Translations under genes and position numbers: made by a program
Shown: positions 1 through 12,733 of the stretch, one piece after another
Numbering within the stretch: the stretch's first letter is position 1
Layout of the letters: every line of letters starts with the position of its first letter
DNA from: Octopus vulgaris
Lineage: Eukaryota
DNA: 64,000 bases
Direction: 5' to 3'
NCBI GenBank assembly: GCA_951406725.2
Contig: OX597832.1
Coordinates: 3,286,001-3,350,000, forward strand
The notes under the pieces: model-generated
What the model was told of the DNA's origin: nothing
Databases searched by the model: none
What the model saw: only the letters and a program-made list of their open reading frames with translations

Positions 1-214
1 TGCATTTGTTTCAGTTAAAATCTGAGAATAAAAATGAAGAGATAACCTCTGTGGGATTAAACTGTGGATATTTGAATCAAACTATAGAACTTGGAGGAGC
101 AGGATTCAGGAATTAAAATATAGAGATTAGAATTTATAGAAAAGACTATATAGATTACATGTCCCTTAATAAAAATTAATAAAAATACTTTAGATAAATA
201 TAAATAATACTGAC

Positions 215-416
215 CAGGGAATCCGGAATCTCCTTTATCACCTTTGGGGCCATCTCTACCTTGAGGACCAGGGGGGCCTTGAGTTCCAAATCCACCTACT
301 TCTCCTTTTGGGCCTCGTAGTCCAGGAGGACCTGGATTACCCTTTGGTCCATCAGGCCCAGAAAAACCACGTGGACCAGGTAAACCTGTATCTCCAGGTG
401 GGCCAACAACTGTTCC
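215..416 (-). CDS. COL4A2: Collagen IV exon, 202 nt, [67 protein letters not shown](G)
   Basis: Acceptor ctttctcacctttag, donor GTCAGT; ends in a split Gly codon (phase 1), typical of collagen IV genes. Confidence 0.93.
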
Positions 417-3400
417 CTAAAGGTGAGAAAGAGAGACAATATTGATGTCTAGGATGCTTGTGAATGTTTTGAGATATGTGAGCAGTAGTCCAATGTAGTC
501 CTTACTTTATAGAGTGAAGGCCAATAATTGTTTAAATTAGAAGTATTTTCTATTCACAAAAAGGAAGTCTTAGTCTTTGAGAGATTTTGTCGTAGATGTC
601 ATAGATATGATGTCATTATGAAAGACCATCAGAGATTAGGAAGCTTGGCAATTTGAGAGCTTTAACAGTACATTGTTTGTTGAGAAAGTGATGTTGCAAG
701 AATAGTTCTTTGATAAGTGGAGTGAATGAATATTTTTGTATGTTTGAATGAGCTGAGTTACCTTGATCCCATTCTAGGATGCTTTTGAAGATTGGCTTAT
801 ATGAGCAAATGTGGTGTAAAGTGCAAGATTATGAGCAACATAACTTGTTTGCATTAGAGCTGGTAATATATAGTTTGGAGAAAGCTCTAACAGGAAATTC
901 TGATGTAAAGATAAATTAGATGACAAGCTTTGATAGGATATTATTCTTTCATTCTTCTGTCAATGATGAGAGATGCAGTGCATGCAGTAAGAAATTTCTG
1001 TTAGAAACAGCAAGATGAAATTGTATCTTTGATTCCTACATGGGGAGATGAAACAAAGGAATAAAGGCAGCATTTATTAAAAACCATCTTCATCACATCT
1101 GAGATGTTAAAAGAATGTAGTTGATAATTGTGGAGAATTGCTCTTCTCTATTATGGGTCATACTATCAGGCGTTTTCAGCTGGAAGTAGAGACTTCAACT
1201 GAGGTAATGAATAAAAAGTTTAGTGATGATAGAAACTTGATAGAATATTAACAAGATCAGTTTATTTTGTGGAATTGAAATAACTAAAAAAGAATGTTCT
1301 ATCCATGTATAGGTTTGAATAAGAGGCAATGTGAGTATCAAGTATAGTGCTTTATTTGTAAAAGTACTGCTTACAGGGCAATCTACATTGAGAATGGTGG
1401 GTAAAAAGATTCTGAAATGTTAGAAATCTCTGTAGTAAAGGACAAGAGAGCTTAGCTGTAATTTAGGAAATGCACAGACTTTGTGAGGTGCACAAATATA
1501 TGCTTTGTTATTCTGATAACATTTCTACATATTTTGCAATGGACAGTAAATAATTCTTTGTTGCAATTCGTTGGTAATATCCCTTAGGTGTTGTAAGCAG
1601 TGTTCTTTATCTTTATAGATGTAGGAACCTTTCAGAGCTTCTGCTTATAGAATCAATATAAATCTGACATGAAGTGTCTAGTTGGTATGTGGATAGTACT
1701 TGTAGGTGCTCTGTTAAGAAGCAGTGAAAGTTAGTATCATATGCTGAAGAATATGTCTAACTAGAAGAAACAACAAACAAGCTGTCATTGTAAGTCTGAG
1801 AGATACTGAATCCCATAGAAAAAAAAAAGAATGAAAAAGAGTTCAGGTATAGATACCATTACTTTGATGGGTATATTTTAATGTTTTACTGCTGAGGTGT
1901 GTCTAGATTATTACTATATATTATTAAATTTTTGCATTATTTATAAACAGAATATATCTTATGTAAAATATATGGTATTTATTCTAAAAATCAAGGTTTA
2001 TAATATTGAACACAATTATTTTTAGCATAGGTCACTGATTTTCTTCATTATCTATAGCACATTATCTTTTAGTATCTATGCCATGTATCTTGTCTTCATT
2101 GTAAATAGAAGAAAGGGCATTTAGAATGAAATTAATGATTTTTTTGTTAAATATCTGTTTTAATGAATATAAATCAACATTTTCTCTGATAATTATTCTG
2201 GATCAAAAGTAATTATCACATTCAATGAACAGCTGGCAACATAGACTCAAAACCTTAGCTCAAATTTGCATTGCTATATTTGAAGGTCAATTATTAAATT
2301 TAGGTTGGACTGAAGTTCAATAATTCATTAAACAACATAATCCATTCATAATATTTATTTAGCAAATATTTTAGAAAGTGTTATTAAAATTATCATTTTA
2401 AAGTTGGCTTTAGTACCCTAATATGATTTGATTATACTGAAGGTGGTGAGCAGGCAGAATCACAAGTATGACAAGGCAAAATGTTTAGTGAGATTTCATC
2501 TGTCTTTACTTTCTGAGTTCAAATTCTGCCAAGGTTGATTTTACCTTTCATCCTCTTCGGGTCAATAAAATAAGTACCAGTTGAGTACTGGGGTCAATGT
2601 AATTGACTTACCCCCTACCCCAGAGTTGCTGACCTTGTGTCAAAATTTGAAACCAGTATGATTTGGTTATATTTACCTAGAGCTATTAAACAAAAAGATT
2701 GTGCAGTATTTTTTATATGACAATAAGTAGATTTGAACCCACAAATGTTTATTATTTAATGCAGATTTACACTAGGAATTGGTTAAAGACTTGGCATATT
2801 TGTCTTATTCTTGATTATATTATATAGATTTGGTATTAAATCCAGTAAATATCTCTATAAAAAGCACTTTATTGAATTTACTTGATTCACAAGAAATATA
2901 TAATTCAGTGGTTTCAAATATAGAAGAGATATTAAGCATTACATCTGTGATGTACATCAAAGGACAATGAGGATTACAAATTGCGGTATAAAGCTAAAAT
3001 TAAAAAGAATCAAAACCTTTCATTCTTTCAATACCTGTTTCCATGTATATTCTTTCTATATAATTACTTTGATCTGAATCCTTTGATTCTCTTTCACAAT
3101 ATTCAGTTGGTAAATTTTTATGAGCAACTCAGAATAAAACCATTGATATTTTATATAAAATAATAATTTATATAATTATAAAAATTTTTTTAATTCATCT
3201 TATCTATCATAAGACTGTTCAGATAGAGAAATTTGTGAGAATTATTGGAGTAGATGTCTAAAATCAGTCTCATAAATATGAAATATTAATGATACTAAAT
3301 TTTCAGTAAAATGTGACTACAGGTTTAAAGACTGAAATTTACAAAAAACATTTTTATTTTAAAAAGGTTTTGGCCTTAGTGATGATTAACTAATTGTTAT

Positions 3401-6400
3401 AACATAATCTCTAACAAAGTCAAAACAAAAAGCTTTTACTTACTCCAGGTGGACCAGGTGGGCCAATAGCTCCAGTGATACCCCTCAATCCAGAGCCGCC
3501 TGGTTCTCCTTTCAGCCCAGGGAAGCCATTTAAACCAGGAAGACCATCCATGCCTCTGTCACCCTAGAATTATTTTCATATAATGTTTAAATTATAGAAA
3601 TGGAAAGAAAATGTACTCAATACATAAATTTTATTCCTTATTACACACTGTGGCTCCCCTTTGCCACTAATTCATTTATCATTTTCCAGAGAGATCTCTT
3701 TTCTTCCTTCTATCATTTATTAACTTGCAGTCCAAGTGGCAACACTTTTTTCATATTCCACATTTTCAGATGAATGGCAACTTGTTTGATATTTCATTCT
3801 TCACATCAAGTGAACATATGTAACTCCACTAGGAACTCTTATCTGGACTAATTGTTACCAACAATCCAAGTAAACTTAGATTTTATCCTTTATGAGTTAG
3901 TATTGAAGATGTGACTCACATCATCCATGGATAACCCAAATATTGATGTAGTAGTACTTCCCAATAAGTATAATTCTTAGGTAGAGCAACAAAGAAATTT
4001 AACAAATAAGAAGCTCGAATAACATGGAATACATTTACTAAACAAACTAAAGAATAACGGTATAAGGAATATATAAACTAATGAAATAGGAAAATGGAAG
4101 ACTGGATCCAATATGAAAATGAACAGTGTCCTGGAGGTTAAATGATAATTGAATATATCACTTCTATAATAAATGAAAAGAATAACAACTCAGAGCAACA
4201 AAATTCATGAACTTTTCATCTAGATTATAACTTCATATTTGTACATGTAGGCATCAGATAACTTGAATGTATGTATAAATGCCAGAATCTCAAAATTGTG
4301 AAGTTCACAAAGCTGGTATCATCATCCAGTGTTTTAAATCCGGGTTTTGTCCCTGTTAATGAGGGTGGCTGGATCTATCTCAATGCCATAGCAACTGAGG
4401 TAGGCAGGTGCAGCCCCCCTTCCCCCACAACCTTTGGGCTGGTTGGTGCCCATTCTCCTTTGCTATCATGAGGCTTTTTTGGAGCTGGATTTTCTATGGG
4501 GAGTATGCCCTTGTTTACCCACAACCTCAGTTTCTAGACATGAGTGGTCCTGAGACTAAGGTCTCTACCATGATTTTTAAGAAATGTGGAGAACTAGCTA
4601 TGGAAGGCGGGTATGCTACTCCCTGAGACTCCTTTCGGGGTCACCTACCCTATTTACAAAGCTGGTATATTGATACAAATGAAGCTGCACTCACCCAGCC
4701 ATCCTTGATTTTGTCTTTATTCTATCTCTATCTACTTTCTTATACCTTGAGGTTAGACCCTAATACTGCATCTACACCATCCTTTTTTCTTTCCTTCTAG
4801 GGTATATATGAATCTTCTCTACAGTAAGACACATGTACATATCCCTCTTTTTTTCCCTATTGATGTAATGCACTTTCTTGTACTCACAAGTCCATATTAT
4901 AGATCCAGTGTGGAGGTGCAATGGCCCAGTGGTTAGGCTAGTGGATTCACAGTCATAGGATCATGGTTTCGATTCCCAGACCAAGTGTTGTGAGTGTTTA
5001 TTGAGCAAAAGCACCTAAAGCTCCACGAGGCTCCGGCAGGGGTTGGTGGTGAAACCTGCTGTACTCTTTCACCACAACTTTCTCTCTTTCTTCCTGTTTC
5101 TGTTGTACCTGTATTTCAAAAGGCCAGCCTTGTCATACTCTGTGTCATGCTGAATCTCCCCGAGAACTATGTTAAGGGTACATGTGCCTGTGGAGTGCTC
5201 AGCCACCTGCACGTTAATTTCACGAGCAGGTTGTTCCATTGATTGGATCAACTGGAACCCTCATCATCATAAATGATGAAGTACCATGATAGATCCAGCA
5301 AATTCATAATAAAAACAACATACCTTTATTCCCATAGGTCCCTGTGGTCCAGGTAAACCTTGCTTTCCCTGTAAAAGAAAAAAATAAAGATATGTATTTG
5401 AAGTATGGATATATAAAATAAAACTAGAAAACATATTAATTATTACACCATTTAATACACTGTCTTGTCAAGACAGGCAATGAATGTAGATTAAATCAAT
5501 TTGGAGGAATCAATTTTTTCAACTTATACCTCTATATGAATTTAAAAAGAGTACTTCAAAGCAATAAAAGATTCACATTTATACAATTACTTCCCACAGT
5601 AATTATTTATGGCAAAGTGTACTGAGCCACATGAATTAAATGATCATGAGTTATGGTAAATAAAAACATTACTTACTCTTGGACCAGCTATTCCTGCAAC
5701 ACCTTTTTCTCCTTTCATTCCAGTTGAGCCCGGAAGACCCTGTCAAATATATATACACACACACGCATATATATAAGATAACACAGAACACATTGTAAAC
5801 ATTTCTAATACTTCAGCGATGTTCTTGCTGAATGGTATGCTGGTATTAAAGAGCAGAATATTTGACTTCTTGGCTTTTGATTACTTCTTTGATTTCAGCT
5901 TACTACTATATCACCAATGTAAACTAAATATGAGTATAATACATATTTTTTTTTTTCAAAACAACTGTTAAGGATTGTGAAAGTTTTATTCTTGCTATTT
6001 GCAGCACCTACAGTTACCTACTGAGAGTTAGGTGGATTTGGCTTTTGAGAAAACAAATTGTCTTAACCAGAAACAATACTCTCTCAGTGAAATTACCAAT
6101 CTGTTGATCGAGCTATCTAGCTTTTATAATAGTTTGAACTTAATTTACTATAAGCCATTCTTATCTGAATCCACTTACTTCATCTGTCTCTCATAATCTT
6201 GTTACTGTTTCTCCCAACAATTACTGGCCTTATACTAAATACTTTATCTAAGCTTTCTTCAAATTTTTTTTCAGTAGCTGAAGAGAAACTAGTTAATGAT
6301 ATTAATATCAAATTAATTGCAGGTTAAAATAATTTATCTAGTAAGTAAACTTTTAAATTGCTTAATCAGTGAATTATTTTTACACCAAAACTCTTCAATT

Positions 6401-8097
6401 AATTTCTTTTATGGTTTGATAGTTATATGTTGACTTAGGCTTTTCTGGGGAGGTCTAATATGATCAAAACATGTCTACAGTTGTCACCATAACAGTCAAA
6501 GCTCAGGTTCACTCTCTCCTAGTGCATCTTCATTTAGCTTTTGATAATTTTAAATGTGGAGTTTTTTCCTTTGTTCCTTTTGAGATGACTTTTCATCAAT
6601 GTTAATGAGTTTTCTTTTCATTATTGATATAATTTGGATTGATTAAAAAAATTTTCAGTTCCTCACTTTAAGTATGTTTAATTTGCACATAACCATGTTC
6701 TTCATGAAAAGGGCAGCTATAGTAATTTTCCAATTACGTTAACATCAGTTAAGTTAATGTTAGCATATTTAACCCGGAAAGAATTAAAAAGCCAATTAGA
6801 AATAATTATGGAGTGAGGAAGACAATATTATTTGATGTGTAATATTGTTCTGAAACAATATTACAAATCAAATAATATATAGAAGGAGATAACTCTGAAC
6901 TTATTTCAGTCTTATTATAATCTCATTAGCAGAAGCTAATCTTTATCATATTTGCCAAGGTCATGATGAAAGAATAGCAAAATATAAGATTGTACAATTG
7001 GTTGGTGTAGAAAAACAGAGCATCAATTATTCTTATTTTAAACTAATGAATAAATCTTAAGAGTGTATATATAAAAATATATCTTTGCAATTTCTATATT
7101 GTCATGAAAATTTAATAAATTCAAATTTAAAATTAAAAATGTTTTCAAGTAATGATAAAATAATAAATGAATAAAACAAAATGATCTTACATCAAGACCT
7201 GAAACACCTGATAATCCTTGTGCACCTTTATCTCCTTTGCCACCCTGAAAAAGCAATATTTCATTAGTGTGTTTGAATAATTGAAATGAATTAAGAAATA
7301 CAAGTAGAGTCAAGATATGTTCTAGAAAATATTAATAGTAATTAATAAATTCAGAAAGAATTTATAAAAATATGTTATCATAGCAGATTCTAAAACAAAA
7401 TTATAACAATATATTCAAATAATGATTGTTAAATATATTAACAATGTTAACTAGCAGTAGCCATAAATATTCCAAGATTATTTTCAAAACTGTGAAATGG
7501 CTTGAAATTTATAGAAAACCACGAAACACAATTTATTATGAATTTAAATTTTGTTTCAAACATTTTATTCTTTTGATAGGGTAAAATCTCAAATTGGTGA
7601 TGTTGAATGTGCAGTCTTGGGAGACAGCATCTCAGAAAGCTACATTCTTTGTTATGTACTTGTAATTTTTTTCTACCTTAAGTATTGTGATCTATTATGT
7701 TTCATTCTGTGTCAAGAAGTAAATAATGTTAACTATGGAATAAAATCAAAACCATAATCTATCATAAATGATATTCTGTTATAAGATGACTATAAGGGTA
7801 AAACTTTAACAAATCATAACATGCTGTATTACATGATAATGTCCACAGAGAAAAATTTGTATGGCTAGACTTGAACCCACACTCCCAGTAATCAAATTAT
7901 TGTAGCTGTCCCACTGAGGTGTGGATTCTAAAAAAATATCAATAATATAGCAGCAGGTATTGCTGTATGGTTTGAAAGTTTGCTTTATAACTATGTTATT
8001 CTGGGTTCAGTCCCCTTGTGCAAGTGTTTTCAACTATAGCCATGAGGGATTAATGTCTTGAATGAAATTTGACTGTTAAAAAACAGTATAGAAGCTT

Positions 8098-8135
<38 letters not shown>

Positions 8136-9752
8136 AATCTCTGTGTGTGTCTGAGTGTGTACTTATGTTTATGCTACTAAAAACTCGCAATGTTGTTGAG
8201 ATATATAACATAGTGGTTTGACAAATCCAGTTGATGAAGTAAGTACCAAACTTTAAAATAATTATTGGCATCAATATGCTTGAGTAAACCCATGAAAGTG
8301 ATGCCCCTGTATGGCTGCAATCCAATAACCAGTTAAAGACTAAATGAAAAAAAAAGCAAGATATATATATACATACACACACACATACACACATATATGG
8401 GTACAGGACATCACCAACAGTGCAAATAACATGTTATATGTAAACGAGAAAAAAAAAAAAAGGAAAACAGGACAAATAAACACAAAGAAAGGACCCTTCA
8501 TCAGTTGTCAGCTGTCTATCTGTTCCTCATTTCGAGCATTCAATGACAATATGAGTCTTCAAAGACAGTTGCTCCCATAAATTGTAAATTAAATTTAGGA
8601 TTCCTAACCATATGTATTTATTTATTATCCCCAGGCAACTTATTCCTGGAATCTTTTCTTAAATCTGTTTTGTATTTTGATAGCTTTAACAGACTCAAAT
8701 AATGTTATTATTTTTAAATAGTAGCTGACCAATTAAGTTGTACGATTGACATTGGCCTTACCCTACTCATCATAGGGGTATTATGATGAAAATTTTTGTT
8801 AATAAACAATAACATCACACATAATTTATACCCAAATTATTCCTTCATTGATATAATTACGTATTGATTTTCCCAACTACGTTTACGTTAACTAAATTTT
8901 ATTGCTATTCTATTGCATAGTTTTTAGTTTCTATCTAATGACCTCTGTTATATGGATCATCCCATTAACCCCACCCTATAACGTTTTATCTTACTATATC
9001 CCTCATTAGACTGAAATAAGATGTAATCTTAGAACCTCAAGATATTATCTTGGAATTTACTTTTTTACTATTTAAAATTTTTTTTATTATTTCATTTTAC
9101 TTTTTTGCTTGTTTAATTCTTACCATTTTGGACTCTCTGATGAAGCTTTGGAGTTCAAATTTTGTCAATTTTTTACTCTTTGACTTGTTTCAGTCATTTG
9201 ACTGTTGCCATGCTGGAGCACCACCTTTAGTCGAACAAATAGACCCCAGGACTTATTCTTTGTAAGCCTAGTACTTATTCTATTGGTCTCTTTTGCCAAA
9301 CCGCTAAGTTCAGGGATGTAAACACACCAGCATTGGTTGTCAAGTGATGTTGGGGGGACAAACACAGACACACAAACACACACACACACGACAGACTTTT
9401 TTTCAATTTCCGTCACAAGGCTTTGGTTGGCCCAAGGCTATAGTAGAAGACACTTGCCCAAGGTGCCACGCAGTGGGACTGAACCCGGAACAATGTGGTT
9501 GGTAAGCAAGTTACTTACCACACAACCACTCCTACACCTTTGTCTAATTTTTGTTCAATATTTGTACAATCTCTGTATAATCTTGATATGATGTGTCAAC
9601 TTTGGCATGCTGGACCCCAAAGTAGAAACAGGTGTAAGAGTAGAGTTATATTCACTCATTTATCCTTATTTATTTATTTATTCATATGATTGTAACTAAT
9701 AAATAGATCTAGCTGATGTTTGTCAATTAATTATCTTCTCCATTTTCTTCTT

Positions 9753-9783
<31 letters not shown>

Positions 9784-9823
9784 CATACATATATATATAT
9801 GTGTGTGTTTATGTATGCGTGTG

Positions 9824-9862
<39 letters not shown>

Positions 9863-11772
9863 CATACACAACTAAAACTGTAGTGACATTACAATCTTTG
9901 TTATTCTTTTTCCTTTCCTTTTTTGTATTTAAATCTCTCAATTTTTTCCTCTCTTTCTCTAGCAGGTTTATTTTCACTCACACTTTTATGCTTAGCAATA
10001 CATGTCTAGATTAAAAATTGAATGCAAATAACAATGTTTTGATATTTTGAGAAATAGCTTGAAAGAGGGTACACAGAAGTTATATGTATTCTATTTTGAT
10101 ATTTCAACTGTGTGGTTTTGATTTTTAAAATCACAAACTCTGGCTTAAGAGCTGTGTGTCAGTACAGGTATGAAAGAATCTGAAGCTCTGCATCTCAATT
10201 TCCACAAATGCTACACATAAAAATAGTGTATATAGCTGAGTTCTATTCAACATGATAATACTGCATAGAGAACAGGCAACTAGCAATTACATCTGGCAAT
10301 GAGTTTGAACTTAAGTCACAAACCGCATCTTCCAACAATTCTCATGGAATCACTCAGAAATGATCTCTCTTGGACATATTAAGTTCTAAAAGCATCTCAA
10401 AAGATGTAACATTCATATAGGAGAAAGCATATTAAATGCATCATCACCTCTATTACCATCATCACGTTTTAATGCTATTTTCTTCATGTTGTCATGGATT
10501 GGACAGATCTATAATATAAACCTGTGACAGCTCAGCTGTGAGGCCCAATTTTCACAAATTTCACACCAACTATTTTTTGTCCATCATCTGCCAGGTTCCT
10601 CTTCTTCACTGTCAAGACACAGCATTCTAACTCCCAGCCAGACATGTTCATTCATATCACATCAATTGCAACACAATGATTCCTCCTACTACAATGTCTT
10701 TATGGCATAACCACTTTTTCATCTCACGTTTCATACCCAACAAATTGTATTCAACTCATTTTTTCTTACCACTTCATACATCTTCCATATTTAATGCTCA
10801 TGCCTTACTGCTATGCAGAATAACACTTACTACACTCTGTTCATGGCTTGAAGAGAGAAAATTTCACATAAAAAACATAATAGAAATATTAAAGTAACAT
10901 AATCTTGACTTTTTCACAGCCTTACCCTCATGCCTTTTTCACCCTTTTTACCCATTTTCATTGTATTAGGTCCATCTTGTGCACAGAGGTTTCCTGGAGG
11001 TCCAGGATTTCCTTTTGGCCCAGGTGGCCCTGGAGTTGACTTTTTAGATATACCAGCTGGACCCTTTTCACCTCTTTCACCTTTCTCACCTTGAGGACCC
11101 TATAAAATATAACAGAAACACTTTTTAAGAGACAGAGGTAGATATCTGAAGCTGAGTAGCAGAAGAAAGCTGAAGAAATTCAAGCAAACATTTTATATGA
11201 CAACAATAGAACTAACTTTCATGATGAAATTATTAAGACAGCTTATGTTATAAAACATCTAAATTAATGTTCTAAAACATCTAAAAATGAAGCAGAAGCA
11301 ATTGGTATGATTGGAACTATTGCCAATTCCAACAAAAAACTTCAAGAAACTTTATTATGTGTTGCAGAAAAAATTCTGGTACACTCTATGCAATTACTTG
11401 ATTTGCTAAACGTAGTTGCCACATAACACTCTACCATCTCTGAAATGGAAGGATACACACGATAATGTTGTCCTAAATATGTTTAGTATGGTAAACAAAG
11501 ATGGTGGTGCTTGAATGTCTTTAATTCAAAGGTATGTATAATCTAGTTTAACTGGGGTTAATAATAATGATTGACACTACTAACATACCACACACATATT
11601 TACTTATGCAGTACTAATAGCTGTAATAGTAGTAACTTACTAGCAATCCTCTGAGTCCTTCTGGCCCACGCAAGCCAGATTTTCCAGGAGGGCCTTGTGA
11701 TCCCTAAAAGAGAAGGACAAATAAGCATTTATATATACATATATATATACAGAGAGAGAGAGAAAGAGAGAG

Positions 11773-11855
<83 letters not shown>

Positions 11856-12647
11856 ACAGATTCTTTTCAAACAAATTATATTGAAGACATAACTGTGTTC
11901 AAGTTTAATATTTTACTAAAAATTTTTCATATTTTCTTACAAACTATAAAAGTAACCAGGATTTAACCATTGAGCAATTCTAAATCTGGGGAGAATGGTT
12001 TGGTCGTTATTCCCATGATCTTTTGCTGCCTATATTTTATGTGTCTGATGTAATCCTTTTCATATTGAGGTGATGTAATCCTCAGTATATGTACTTCTCA
12101 AAGCAACTATAAATTTCATATAATTTACAGTTAGATTGTTAGATTATAACATAAATACAAAATAAAATGAAATATTTTATCAACTTGTACCAAATCTTGA
12201 TTATTTCAAAATTAGTTGAAACTCAAAGGTTGACTGTTCTTGGGAGAAATATACTCAACAAAACCACTAAGTCATTTTTTATTTTAGGATAGATATTTTT
12301 TTTTAGCTCTCATCTCAATTCTCTCTTGCATCTTGAATATTTTAAAACTATTCCAATGACTTTTTGAGGATTTGTTTTAAAACAGAGGAGTTTCAATGTT
12401 GACATACTTACCACAGGACCAGGTATCCCATCACGTCCAGGTTCACCCTGTTAAAAAAGATATGAAATGAATAAACAAAATATTATACACTGACATATTT
12501 GGAAAGAAAAAAATATTAGGTTGAAATCTCCTAATTTTCAATACTATTTTATAGCATTATGAATATTTTCAGAATCAACACTTGCATTTGACATAAGATT
12601 ACATATGCAAGAATATCGCTATGATCATGTATGTAGTGTGTGTAAAA

Positions 12648-12733
<86 letters not shown>

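Noticed and set aside
4909-4985. tRNA-like A/B boxes here and at other SINE heads and near 34990
   Set aside because: No complete cloverleaf; they continue into SINE bodies or are degenerate.
8490-8575. CTGATGA and CGAAA motifs on the minus strand suggesting a hammerhead
   Set aside because: I could not build consistent stems around the core; probably a decayed repeat.
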